NCBI GenBank assembly: GCA_002269645.1
Contig: NIVC01000137.1
Span: forward strand, 1 to 64,000
Source of the DNA: Macrostomum lignano
Lineage: Eukaryota
Reading direction: 5' to 3'
Length of the DNA stretch: 64,000 bases
Made by a program: the position numbers and the translations under genes. The notes below the pieces were generated by a model that was not told the DNA's origin, made no database searches, and saw only the letters and a program-made list of their open reading frames with translations. Below are positions 8,830-19,094 of the stretch, in pieces (position 1 is the stretch's first letter; every line of letters starts with the position of its first letter).

Positions 8830-10235
8830 GGGAGGGCTGATTAAGCGCGCCAGGAATAAGCGCGCACGTGTATATATTTTTTGCACACGTCGGAATAAGC
8901 GCGCAGGGAACAAGCGCGCACGGAAAAATGTTGGAATAAGAGCGCTGCGATATATCAAAATACTGTAATAAGCGCGCATCGATATTCCTCGATACAGGAA
9001 TGATCGCGCGCAAAGTTTTGTCAAAATACTGTAATAAGCGCGCATCCATATTCCTAGGTAACAGGAAAGAGCACGCAACGTTTTTAAAAGTCCTGGAATA
9101 AGCGCGCACAGATTTTCAACAGAACTAAGATTAAATTCGAATTTAAACTATGTATTTAAGACGAAGCAAGGTTACAAAGTAAAATTGCTAAAAGCTAAGC
9201 TTAGCTAAAAGTTGAAACTGCAGCTGAGAAGTTCGCTAAAATTAAAAATGGAGCTGCTGATACGAGACAGGCTGAGAGTCCAGAGCCGGCTGGAGCTGCT
9301 GATACGAGACAGGCTGAGAGTCCAGAGCCGGCTGGAGCTGCTGATACGAGACAGGCTGAGAGTCCAGAGCCGGCTGGAGCTGCTGATACGAGACAGGCTG
9401 AGAGTCCAGAGCCGGCTGGTCGGCTTGCCGTTTTGTTGCCATCATTTAATCAGCCAGCTTTTCTCAGACGCGTGGGACACCAGCGTCAGAAACTCAGCTG
9501 CCGTTATTTGCTTCACGTACAATTTTTGAGTCGCATCGGTAGGCGACTCAAAAAGCAGTAGGGGACCATGGACAGTGTTTGTCGCAGCAGCGGAAACCGA
9601 CTTTGCTTCTATCTCTGCCACTGTCTTTTCGATAGACGAATTCGTCCTTTACAAAAAGTTTTGAACCGCGACGGTTTCCTTCTATGCACTCCATAGCTAG
9701 AAGTAAACACTGAATAATTTGATCGCAGTGTAATCGGCTTTTAAACGCCGCAATTGAAAGTGTAATTGAAAGTGTAAGTCATCATATCAGGCCCACAACC
9801 TGATTTTCACGCTCCATGCGCTGGGCACTGTACATTGCACCCCTCTCCCCTGCAGCCAATCAGAAGCCGCGAGAGCCAACTGTGGCCAGTCAGTCAGATA
9901 TTGAGCCTAAGGCCCATGCCCTTTGAAAATTTCAGCCCCCTGCAGTCAGTCAGTTAAAATCATCATTTGCGCGCTTAATCCCGTCAGTACAAAAGCAGCT
10001 GCGCGCTCATTCCGAAAGCGGGTAAAATTTTGGCGCGCTTGTTCCAAGTCATGGGAAAACTCGTGCGCGCTTTTTCCTGTATCGATCAAAAATACTGCGC
10101 GCTTATTCCGGTCTGTGGAAAGTTAACTGCGCGCTTTTGCAGGTTTTGGTCCGTTCTCCTGCGCGCTTGTTCCGAACCGTGTAAAATATGTGCGAAAATG
10201 CGCGCTTGTTCCTGGCGCGCTTAATCTAGCTACCC
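8830..10235. mobile_element. Non-autonomous Mutator/foldback-like DNA transposon with modular inverted arms
   Basis: GGG...CCC ends. GATTAAGCGCGCCAGGAA(T/C)AAGCGCGCA is inverted at 8839-8866 and 10199-10226. Flanking direct repeat (C)ATCTTGAC at 8821-8829 and 10235-10243 (8- or 9-bp TSD). Arrays of AAGCGCGCA in opposite orientation in each arm. Confidence 0.8.
9250..9419. repeat. 42-bp tandem repeat, ~4 copies, inside the foldback element
   Basis: GGAGCTGCTGATACGAGACAGGCTGAGAGTCCAGAGCCGGCT repeated almost perfectly. Confidence 0.9.
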
Positions 10236-10339
10236 ATCTTGACAAGGGGCATTTTATCTCTCAGAGAGCTGTTTCGAGAGTATTGAACACCAACAGGATA
10301 CAAAATAGCGATGATTATTTTGGACATTGCTGCTATACT

Positions 10340-11659
10340 CAGGGGCGTAGCCAAGGGGGGGGGGTCAAGGTCATGGGGGTCATGGGGGAGCAGCAGCAGC
10401 AGCAGCTGTCTTATCAACCGCCTCCGTCTTATGAGTCTGTTGTGGCTTCATAAACTTTAATTTTGATTTTTCGACAGCTAAAGTTTAGAGGCACTAAGTC
10501 TAGAAGGTCTGCTGCAAGGGGAGAGTGCAGTTTGGAATTACGATCTGTCAGCTCAGTTGACTCTGTCACTTTATTATCTCTAGTCAAGTGCAGTTCACTT
10601 GTGTTCGGTTGTTAAATTATAAGGTAAACCTAAAACCCTGTAATTAAACAGATCTTCCAATATCATATGGTTTCGAAAAAGTATTTTCCAGGCCAGTTAT
10701 TTATCTTGGGAGTTTACTTACGCTTTGGACGGTGGGCGTAGCCTAGTGATCCGGCCCTCGCTCGATTCCAAGTGCAGTCACATTAATTTGGGGCTAAAAT
10801 TAAAATCTCGGCTTGGCTCTGCTCGTGCAATTAACGCCCTTGAGGCACAAGGCACAGTGAAGCACATGTCTAACGATAAATAAAGTTTAGGGCCGCTGTA
10901 CACTCCTGTGCGAGTGTGTGCCTGTGCGTATATCCGCGCGCTTGTGTGCCTGCTGAGGGAAGTCGGCAGAATGGGAAGAAATTTGCCTGTTGTCTATGGC
11001 CCAACCATCTTTGTTCTTTGTACTTTCAACTAGGGATTAAAAGTTCACCTTCAAAGTTTTATAAGCGAGGAACCTAATTGGTCTTTGATCTGCTGCTAAT
11101 GTCGTTTAATAAAATTTTTTCTTGGGTTGATTTTATCAAGTTATTTATCCTAGTTGCTAACTTCAAAGCACTAATCTACTCGCAAGGTAATGTTGAAGAG
11201 TTCTGTTAGTTAGTTCAGTAATAACTCATTCTTCCTTTGTAATATTTGGAAACAGTTCATTACTTAAATATTGATTTTTACGAGTATGTCTGTGTCCTGA
11301 AGCCATATTTTCACTTATAAAGTAACTTTTAGTGCGCCTAATTAAACGTTTCATTGTTTTGTAATTTTTATTTATTGTTTTGTAATTTTTACTTTTCAAA
11401 ATTAATCTCAAACCGGCATTATTTAACCCATTGATCTATTTTATTCAACAATGCTAGCTATAGAACAGATTTCAATCAATATTTGTTTTAATTTCCATAC
11501 GCTTGCATATTGTATTTATTTTTTGTAAAACACACTTATTTAAGCTGCTGCCCCTCCTCCGTCGCAGAGGCCTAGCGCCCCCTGCCCCCCGGTTGCCGCT
11601 GTGAGCCTGTGACTGACTGTGACCCCCCCCCCCTGAAGGAAATCCTGGTTACGCCAGTG
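10340..11659. mobile_element. Non-autonomous hAT-like (or P-like) DNA transposon
   Basis: CA...TG ends. Imperfect TIR CAGGGGCGTAGCC vs CACTGGCGTAACC, with mirrored poly-G/GTCA subterminal tracts. Exact 8-bp TSD GCTATACT at 10332-10339 and 11660-11667. Confidence 0.8.
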
Positions 11660-11993
11660 GCTATACTAGTATAATAATTTAGAATTTACGATGAGAATAT
11701 ATGGAAATAATAGAGCAAAATATTGATTTAATGCCAGGCTCAGACCAAAATTGTTTAAAAATAATTACAATTGCAAGAGCCCGAGAGGGAGGGAGATGGA
11801 AGATTCCTCGGCTGTGAAAGTTTTCGATGTTTTTCAAGTTGTGCTCGGATCGAATAGCAGGAAGACAGGTTCGTCTGATGCCTCATCCGTGAATGATGGC
11901 ACCAATTCAATCCCACTTGCGATGTAGATCTCGTCAATGACCAGGGTCACGACCTTTTTCATCTGTGACAGCTTTAAAACTCTCAGCGCGGCC

Positions 11994-12095
11994 TTGGCTG
12001 CGCCACGAATTGAAGATCCAACTCTTGCAATTATGGACCTCGGCGTGCGATCAGATATGATTGGAGGCAGATGACGTCCTGCTCAAGCACGGTCT
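11994..12095 (+). repeat. Left copy of exact 102-bp direct repeat (putative long TSD)
   Basis: Identical to 14297-14398 by eye; the sequence belongs to the interrupted transposase. Confidence 0.95.
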
Positions 12096-14296
12096 CCCCT
12101 AATCAGCACGCCTTTCGTCCTGGACGTTCCATCGAAAGTGCGCTGCACGCCATTGTCGACAAGCTGGAGCGCGCCGTGCTTGGCAGTGGATACGCGCTGT
12201 CGCTTTTCCTCGACAATGATGGTCCTTTCAACAATGTGCTCTTTGAAGCCTTTAAGCGAGCCCTGGAATCCCGGGGCACGCACGAGCACCTCACCCGCTG
12301 GATCATGTACATGGTCTCCCATCGTACTGCCACCTCGCACCTCCTGGGACACTCACGCTCCGTGGAAGTCCAGAAGGGCGGACCGCAAGGTGGAGTCCTC
12401 AGCCCGATCCTCTGGAACTTAGTCATGGACGAGCTGCTTTGCAGCCCGCATCCGGACCCTGTTCAGAAGGTCGGTTATGCGGACGATGTTACCGCCACTG
12501 TGGCTGGACCATCGCCCGCGGTCCTCAGGGACCTCCTTCAAGCCTTCATTCACCGTGCCGAGCGCTGGGCACATAGCTGCGGCCTCAGGTTCTCTGAGTC
12601 TAAAACCGTGGCTATCATGTTCACCAGCCGCCGAAACTGGAGGATCGAACCGCTCTCCCTCTATGGCAAACCTGTTGCCATGGAGAAACAAACTAGATGT
12701 CTGGGCGTCACCCTCGACCACAGGTTGAGCTGGACCCCGCACGTCCAAACGAAAGCCCGCAAAGCTCTCGCGACTCTCGCGCAGATCCGCAGAGCTTTCG
12801 GTGCTACCTGGGGCCTCACCCCCGCCGCCTCTGGTGGATTTACACTGCCATTGTTAGACCGGCCATCTCCTTCGCCGGCTTCATTTGGAACAGTGCCCTA
12901 GAGGTGAAAGGGGTTCTTGTGGTTTTAAATAGGGTGCAAGGCCGCGCTTGTCGAGCTATCATGAGCGCGGCTCCCTCTACGCCCTTCGCTGGCATGAACT
13001 CCTTCTTGGACATTCCCCCCCTCGACCTCTTTGTTAGAGGGAAGGTTATGAAAACCACCCGTCGTCTGCTTGACGCGGGTGTCCAAATCCAGAAGCAGTT
13101 TGCCTTCAGAAAGCGGAACCTCCGGCCGCATGGCGACCTCAGCCTGCGAGACCTGGAAGCAGCGAGAGGCCTGCTGACCCTCTCGGACGGAATCCCGTCC
13201 ACGCTCTGCCCCCCGCTCAAATTCAAAACCAGCATTCCACCACGCCATGAAGCGAGAGACAACTGGAAACCCCATGAAATCCACTGCTTCACTGACGGGT
13301 CCCAAATCAACTCCGCCTCTGGATACGGCTACTGCATCGTGTCTGGAGGGAGAACTGTGGCGACCTTCTCCCAACACGCCGGCACCTGCTCCACCGTATT
13401 CCAGAACGAAGTTGTCGCCATCAGCTCCTGCGCCATGGAGCTGTACAATCAGCGCGTCTGGGGGAAGGAAATTACCCTCCACTCGGACAGTCAAGCGGCG
13501 ATTCACGCCCTTGAGCGCACCACCACCTGCTCGCGTACAGTCCTTGACTGCATCGGGCAGCTCAACCGCTTAGGCGCCTCCAACAAGGTGTCCCTTAAGG
13601 TGGATCCCCGGGCATTCGGGCCACCCCGGCAACGAGCTGGCCGATCGCCTGGCCAAGGCTGGCTCGACCGGTTCTTTCACTGGTCCCCTGCCCGTGGCCC
13701 CCAACCCTATCGCCGTTGTCACCACTCGGATCAACCAGTGGGTGGCTTCTAAGCACAGGGAGAGGTGGGCTAACGCCCCCGACTGCCGGCAATCCCGCGC
13801 GGCTGTCCCCTGTCCCTCCTCCGCCCTACGCAGGGCCCTGCTTGGACTTAACCGCAGGGACATCAGGGCGGTGACCATGGCCCTCTCGGGTCATGGCTGC
13901 TTTGCCAGGCATCGTTACCTCCAGGAGAAAATCCGCAGTGAGGAATGCCCTTTCTGCCTCTCCGGTGTCGAGAATGCGGAGCTCCTCATCTGTGAATGCC
14001 CCGCCTTTACTCAGGACAGGCTCACCTACCTCGGCCCAAACCCGGACCTCTCCGACGTTTTCAGGCCCGAGAATCTCTGCCAGCTCGTCCGCTACCTAAG
14101 GGCTACTGGGCGAGCGAACATCCACCTCCTGGACTCTCCGGAGGGGGACCGCGCTGCGACGCCGGCACCACCGGAACTCCCTGCGCGACACCGCAGCACT
14201 AGCTGCCCGTGGTCGCCAGGGGTTAGCGAAATGGGCGGCAACGCCTCCTCGCTGTTTCCGGACGCGCGGAGCCCCCTGCAGCTAAGTCAAAGTAAG
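12096..14296 (+). mobile_element. 5'-truncated non-LTR retrotransposon (RT + RNase H + C-terminal Cys motif; I-group, R1/LOA-like), two frameshifts
   Basis: QHAFRPGRS, PQGGVLSPILWN, YADD, LGVTLD (RT); FTDGS, E..AI, SDSQAAI, W(I)PGHSG.PGNELAD (RNase H); LSGHG...CPFC...E....CEC. Frameshifts near 12825 and 13600. Ends in CTAAGTCAAAGTAAG tail. Confidence 0.9.
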
Positions 14297-14398
14297 TTGG
14301 CTGCGCCACGAATTGAAGATCCAACTCTTGCAATTATGGACCTCGGCGTGCGATCAGATATGATTGGAGGCAGATGACGTCCTGCTCAAGCACGGTCT
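14297..14398 (+). repeat. Right copy of exact 102-bp direct repeat (putative long TSD)
   Basis: Begins immediately after the LINE 3' tail; identical to 11994-12095. Confidence 0.95.
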
Positions 14399-15619
14399 TG
14401 TATCCTGATGGATTAGATCAAGTAGGAGAACACAAGGAGATCCTTGGAGTCCTGGTACCTGATGACTTCCTGCTCAGCTTCAGCTAGGGCAAAGCTCACA
14501 GTCCGATTGTCTGTCAGCCCTTCTGCTTCATCCAAGAGGTCTTGGACCGCATCCAGCAGACTGGCGACCTTGGTCTCAGACGACGACGGCCTCTTGATTC
14601 TCGACATGAGTTTCACAAGCTGGCTAAAAGTCAAAGCCTTTCCTCCAGTCAGTAGGTCGCTGAACATGCTTGCTTTTAGTGGCAGTTCATTGGATCCATG
14701 CGGGACGGAAAGGTCTTTGGTCAGGCAGATTTAGCAGGAAACACGGCACACTGGCTGTCTATATAGCATATACATAGAAGTAGACGGTAGAGCCTGTTGT
14801 CCTGGATAGCCGTCTGAAATCCAACTGGCTTGGCTGTTTCCTCCTCCAGCTTGCGCTGAATCTCCTGAAGGTCCGTCTCAGCAATGAAGTGAGCTTCCAG
14901 AAAGACTCCAATTCCAGCTCTCTCTCTATGCGCTCAGACAATGTCACTGGTCTCGCGGTGCCTTCTTGTCAGATCACAAGTAGATGGGAGCGTTCTGGAG
15001 GATGGATAGAACCGCTCCAGGCTTCCAGACACCTCCTTGACAGTAACTAGCTTCTTCTCTAATTATTCCATGTGACGTTGGTATCCACCGATCTACCGAG
15101 CAAATCTTGGAGAACTTCGCCGGCTCAAAGTATTCTCGGGTTTTCCCGCTTCCATTTCTCATGAAGAACTGCGTCTTAGAGAGGCTGGCTGCGGAAGCTC
15201 ACTCCAGATTCCGGGGTTGCTCGAGTTGAGCATTAGACGGTAGACAGCATCAGCAGTAGGCTGAACATGCATGCAGCATTTAAAGCTTGATGAAACAGGC
15301 TCCTGGAAATGATGGCAGTGTGGTTTTGTGATTTAAAATTAAAGGGGCAACCTGCACAATGCAAGGCATCATATACTCTTTGTCAGTGGTTGGCAGAGAA
15401 GCAAGGAGGATCTGGGGGTTAGGAGGGTGACTAATTTTTTAAATTGTTTTTTAAACATACCACGAGCACATATCAGTGTCCTGAGCTTGGTGTCCAAGCC
15501 CTGTAATTTCTATTCGTTGTCTGTTTCCCTGCTCTTCCCTCAGTTCCCTATCCCAAGGACTCCTGGGCCCGCTTCGCCCGCCCGAGACTTTTAAATCCCG
15601 GTAACGCTCCGCGGTAAAG

Positions 15620-15760
15620 ACCGCGCTATCACAGCCGCCGGCCCCGACAAGAAACCGCGTGCCGTCTGGTCGGTCGTCAATCAGCTGACAGGCAGCAAGC
15701 GACGCAATGCTCTGAACCTGGCAGGACCTGCTGCTACTCTCCCTTCAAGGGCCGCGGCGG
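15620..15760 (+). pseudogene. Possible short LINE ORF2 linker fragment
   Basis: Translates as KPRAVWSVVNQLTGSK, resembling the W..VN.L.G.K linker between endonuclease and RT. Very short. Confidence 0.3.
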
Positions 15761-17825
15761 CTTTGGTCAGGCGAGAAGTCTGCGTTTCGTCGAGCACATG
15801 CTTCGAAGAGACGCTGAGACTTTTGACCCTCGTGGACTCGCTACTCGTATTCTGCGCAACTCTGCGCTTGAACGCGCTTTTTGACAGCAACCCAGCTTGG
15901 CTTGTCCAGGGCCGCCGTACTTAATTTTTGTTGTTGTGGTTCAAGGAATCAGTTGTTGTTTTTGCAAATTGAGAATGAAGCCGAAGCCTTTTCAGATTTA
16001 GATAAATAAAATCCCCGGCTTTTTTGACATGGCTTGATATGGCTTTTTTCAGTTAATTTCTTGAGTCTCTAACTAAATTAGTGTGCTGTTCTAAGTTTAA
16101 AATCATTATTGATATGGATATGGATGGATATATGATATGGATTTTGTCTATTAGATAATTAATTAATTTCAACTCTAAAATGCAGAAAAGTTGTATGTGA
16201 TTTTCTATAAAAAATATCTTCCATTCAGTATACTAAATGAGTATGCGGGGACGAAAGGATTCTAGCCAACAAAATCGGCCTCCTGCTGGCAGCGAAGTCG
16301 GCAGAAAAACTGGCGTGTCATGTACCACTAAGCGAAGCGGGCCCGGAGTCCCTGCCTATCCCCAAGTGCCCCAACTCGAAAGAACTAACTTTATTTAGCT
16401 TTGTTAGCACAATTTCTATTCTACCTTGCCACACTAGCGTAAAATTGGGGGATCGTTCTATTCTAGCGTCCAGTCCAATGGTGCTATAGCTCTAGAAGTC
16501 CCTGCCACACCCCAGCGGGGGTCCACGATATCATGCGAGGATAAGTAATACAGTAGTAGAAGGCAGAAGCTCGACTCATCTGTGACTGTTCCTGTTGGCT
16601 GTGACCCATTTTCTCTGGGTGCGATCAGAAATAGATAAGATGCCAAAAATAATCTGACTTTAGAAGCCAAACAATTATAGTGACCCAATCTACCTAATCC
16701 CACCCAGTATAGCTATAGGCATGACCCCGGGGAGCTTTTCGGGGAATACTCCCCAACCAGGGAATTGGATTGGGGACCCCGAGAAAAAAAATTTAAAAAA
16801 ATGAATTCGTAACTTCATTTGTGCCATTACGAGTAAAGTAATAAAATGATTCATGGAAAGCTGCATGATTGAAACTGCTATTATTTCAAACAATGAAATT
16901 TGAATGTTTTTTCACTAGGAGTCTCGCAAATCAAGCAAATCAAGCAAATGCGCATGGAAATTTCCAATTACACCAGCTGCAGTTCTGCGCTTCTGCTGTG
17001 TGTGTGTGATAAATACAATAAATATATAAGCTGGAGCCGAAGCTGAAGAAGCTGGAACACAAACTAAAACCGGGGACGAAGCAGGAAAGAGAAGGCGAGA
17101 TCTGATTACCAAAACACACTTTCCTATATAGTCAGAGTCAAACCCTCAAAACCCCCCCTCAAGCCGGGTGGTGGTCGTCTGGCCGGCCGCCCGATAAGCC
17201 GATTTGCACTGTGCCCGCGGCGCCGGGTCGAACTGGAACTTGCCGCGTGCCAGGGTCCAGGCCGGTTCTGATTGGCTGGCCGCGCAAAGCTGGGGTTCGC
17301 AGAGAAACTCAACCCTCCGCTGAGTCACAATTGGCGTCTGACTTCTAGCCTGTTTACGCAAAATTGATTCCAACTAACAAGGAAAAAGTACACCAAAAAC
17401 GTATGACTAAACTAAAGCAAAATAACAATTCAATAACAATATAGAAACTATAATGCAGTCAATTTACAAACAAAATACACGCAAAAGATGCTCACACTAC
17501 AGTGTGCGCAACTGCAAATTTGTAATGCACGTTGAGCGCTGCTGCACGTTGCACCACTTTCAACAAATGAATGCTGACGTAATCACATGATGGCCTGAAA
17601 AAAACAATTTGAAATTAACTTTGCCTTGAGTAACTATTCTTTCAGATCTTTGACTTCTATCTACAGTGTATATATGCCTAGCAGCATACATCAGTAGACA
17701 GTACCATGGCAGAAGACAGCAGCAAAAAAGCTGAAGTCAGCAGGCAGCAGACAACTATTGAAGCCAGAATAGATAAATAGATAGCACCAGACTAGGAAGC
17801 AGGCATGCAGCTGATAGCAGCAATC

Positions 17826-18615
17826 TGTAGCAGACAGCATCAGGCTGTAACAGACAGCATCAGGCTGTAACAGACAGCATCAGGCTGTAAAAGACAGCAT
17901 CAGGCTGTAACAGACAGCATCAGGCTGTAACAGACAGCAATCAGGCTGTAACAGACAGCATCAGGCTGTAACAGACAGCATCAGGCTGTAACAGACAGCA
18001 TCAGGCTGTAAAAGACAGCATCAGGCTGTAACAGACAGCAATCAGGCTGTAACAGACAGCATCAGGCTGTAACAGACAGCAATCAGGCTGTAACAGACAG
18101 CAATCAGGCTGTAACAGACAGCAATCAGGCTGTAACAGACAGCAATCAGGCTGTAACAGACAGCATCAGGCTGTAACAGACAGCAATCAGGCTGTAACAG
18201 ACAGCAATCAGGCTGTAACAGACAGCATCAGGCTGTAACAGACAGCAATCAGGCTGTAACAGACAGCATCAGGCTGTAACAGACAGCAATCAGGCTGTAA
18301 CAGACAGCAATCAGGCTGTAACAGACAGCATCAGGCTGTAACAGACAGCAATCAGGCTGTAACAGACAGCATCAGGCTGTAAAAGACAGCATCAGGCTGT
18401 AACAGACAGCAATCAGGCTGTAACAGACAGCATCAGGCTGTAACAGACAGCAATCAGGCTGTAACAGACAGCAATCAGGCTGTAACAGACAGCAATCAGG
18501 CTGTAACAGACAGCAATCAGGCTGTAACAGACAGCAATCAGGCTGTAACAGACAGCAATCAGGCTGTAACAGACAGCATCAGGCTGTAACAGACAGCAAT
18601 CAGGCTGTAACAGAC
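17826..18615. repeat. 20/21-bp minisatellite ACAGACAGCA(A)TCAGGCTGTA
   Basis: ~39 near-identical tandem units. Confidence 0.97.
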
Positions 18616-19094
18616 TTTTGGTTCAGCTCCCAGGTTGATTCAGGAAAAGTTGGTTCAGGCTTAACTAGCGTTAGCTGCTGAGCGTGCATTTTCCTCCTCC
18701 GAGCTCTTTCTGACAAAGGTGCGCGCACGATTTGGTGATGCCACGGTTGTCTAATAAATTTTAAAACAAACATTATTTAAAGTTGTCTGCAGTTGACGAC
18801 TGCTAGCCACTGCGATTCAAGCTAGCAATGCCACTTAAGAGCAAAGTTGTCCGCCGCCTTTTACTTATTTTTGTTTTCCCTGGGGTCCCCAGGGAGTTGG
18901 CCGCAATGCAGACGCATTTCTGCCACGTGGCAATTTTTCCTGCCACCCACTGCCCCTACCAATACCACCAATCCTCCTAATCTCCCCTAGGAAAATACAG
19001 GGAGACAGGAGACCGGTACAGCTATAGATGAAATGAAAGAGACAGGGTGATGAAAGAAGAGATTAAAATATAAATTGAGGGATGTGCTGATGAA

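Larger units (their letters stand above)
11760..15279 (-). pseudogene. Decayed THAP-domain P-element/THAP9-like transposase, internally deleted and interrupted by a LINE
   Basis: Manual minus-strand translation across frameshifts and stops gives THAP motifs (M..ACSAY.C; SGVSF..P..D..L..KW; F.P.K.SKICS; KPGAV.SI), then SPSGYK..L, VTLVIDEIYI (catalytic DE) and PVFLLFDP.HNLKNI. Confidence 0.7.

Noticed and set aside
9523-9554. Hairpin with T/A tails as a bidirectional rho-independent terminator
   Set aside because: Eukaryotic non-coding context with no converging genes; kept only as a structural finding.
9968-10170. CRISPR-like pattern of constant motif plus variable spacer
   Set aside because: The motif is only ~9 bp, it is mirrored in the opposite arm of a TIR element, the context is eukaryotic and there are no cas genes. 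No other array in the window has unique spacers.
12071-12095. ATG 12071 as the start of the RT ORF
   Set aside because: It lies inside the duplicated target sequence; the LINE is 5'-truncated at ~12096 and lacks the endonuclease and ORF1.
17121-17133. 13-mer TTCCTATATAGTC identical to 54601-54613
   Set aside because: Several chance 13-mer matches are expected in tens of kb, so it is not evidence of a shared element by itself.
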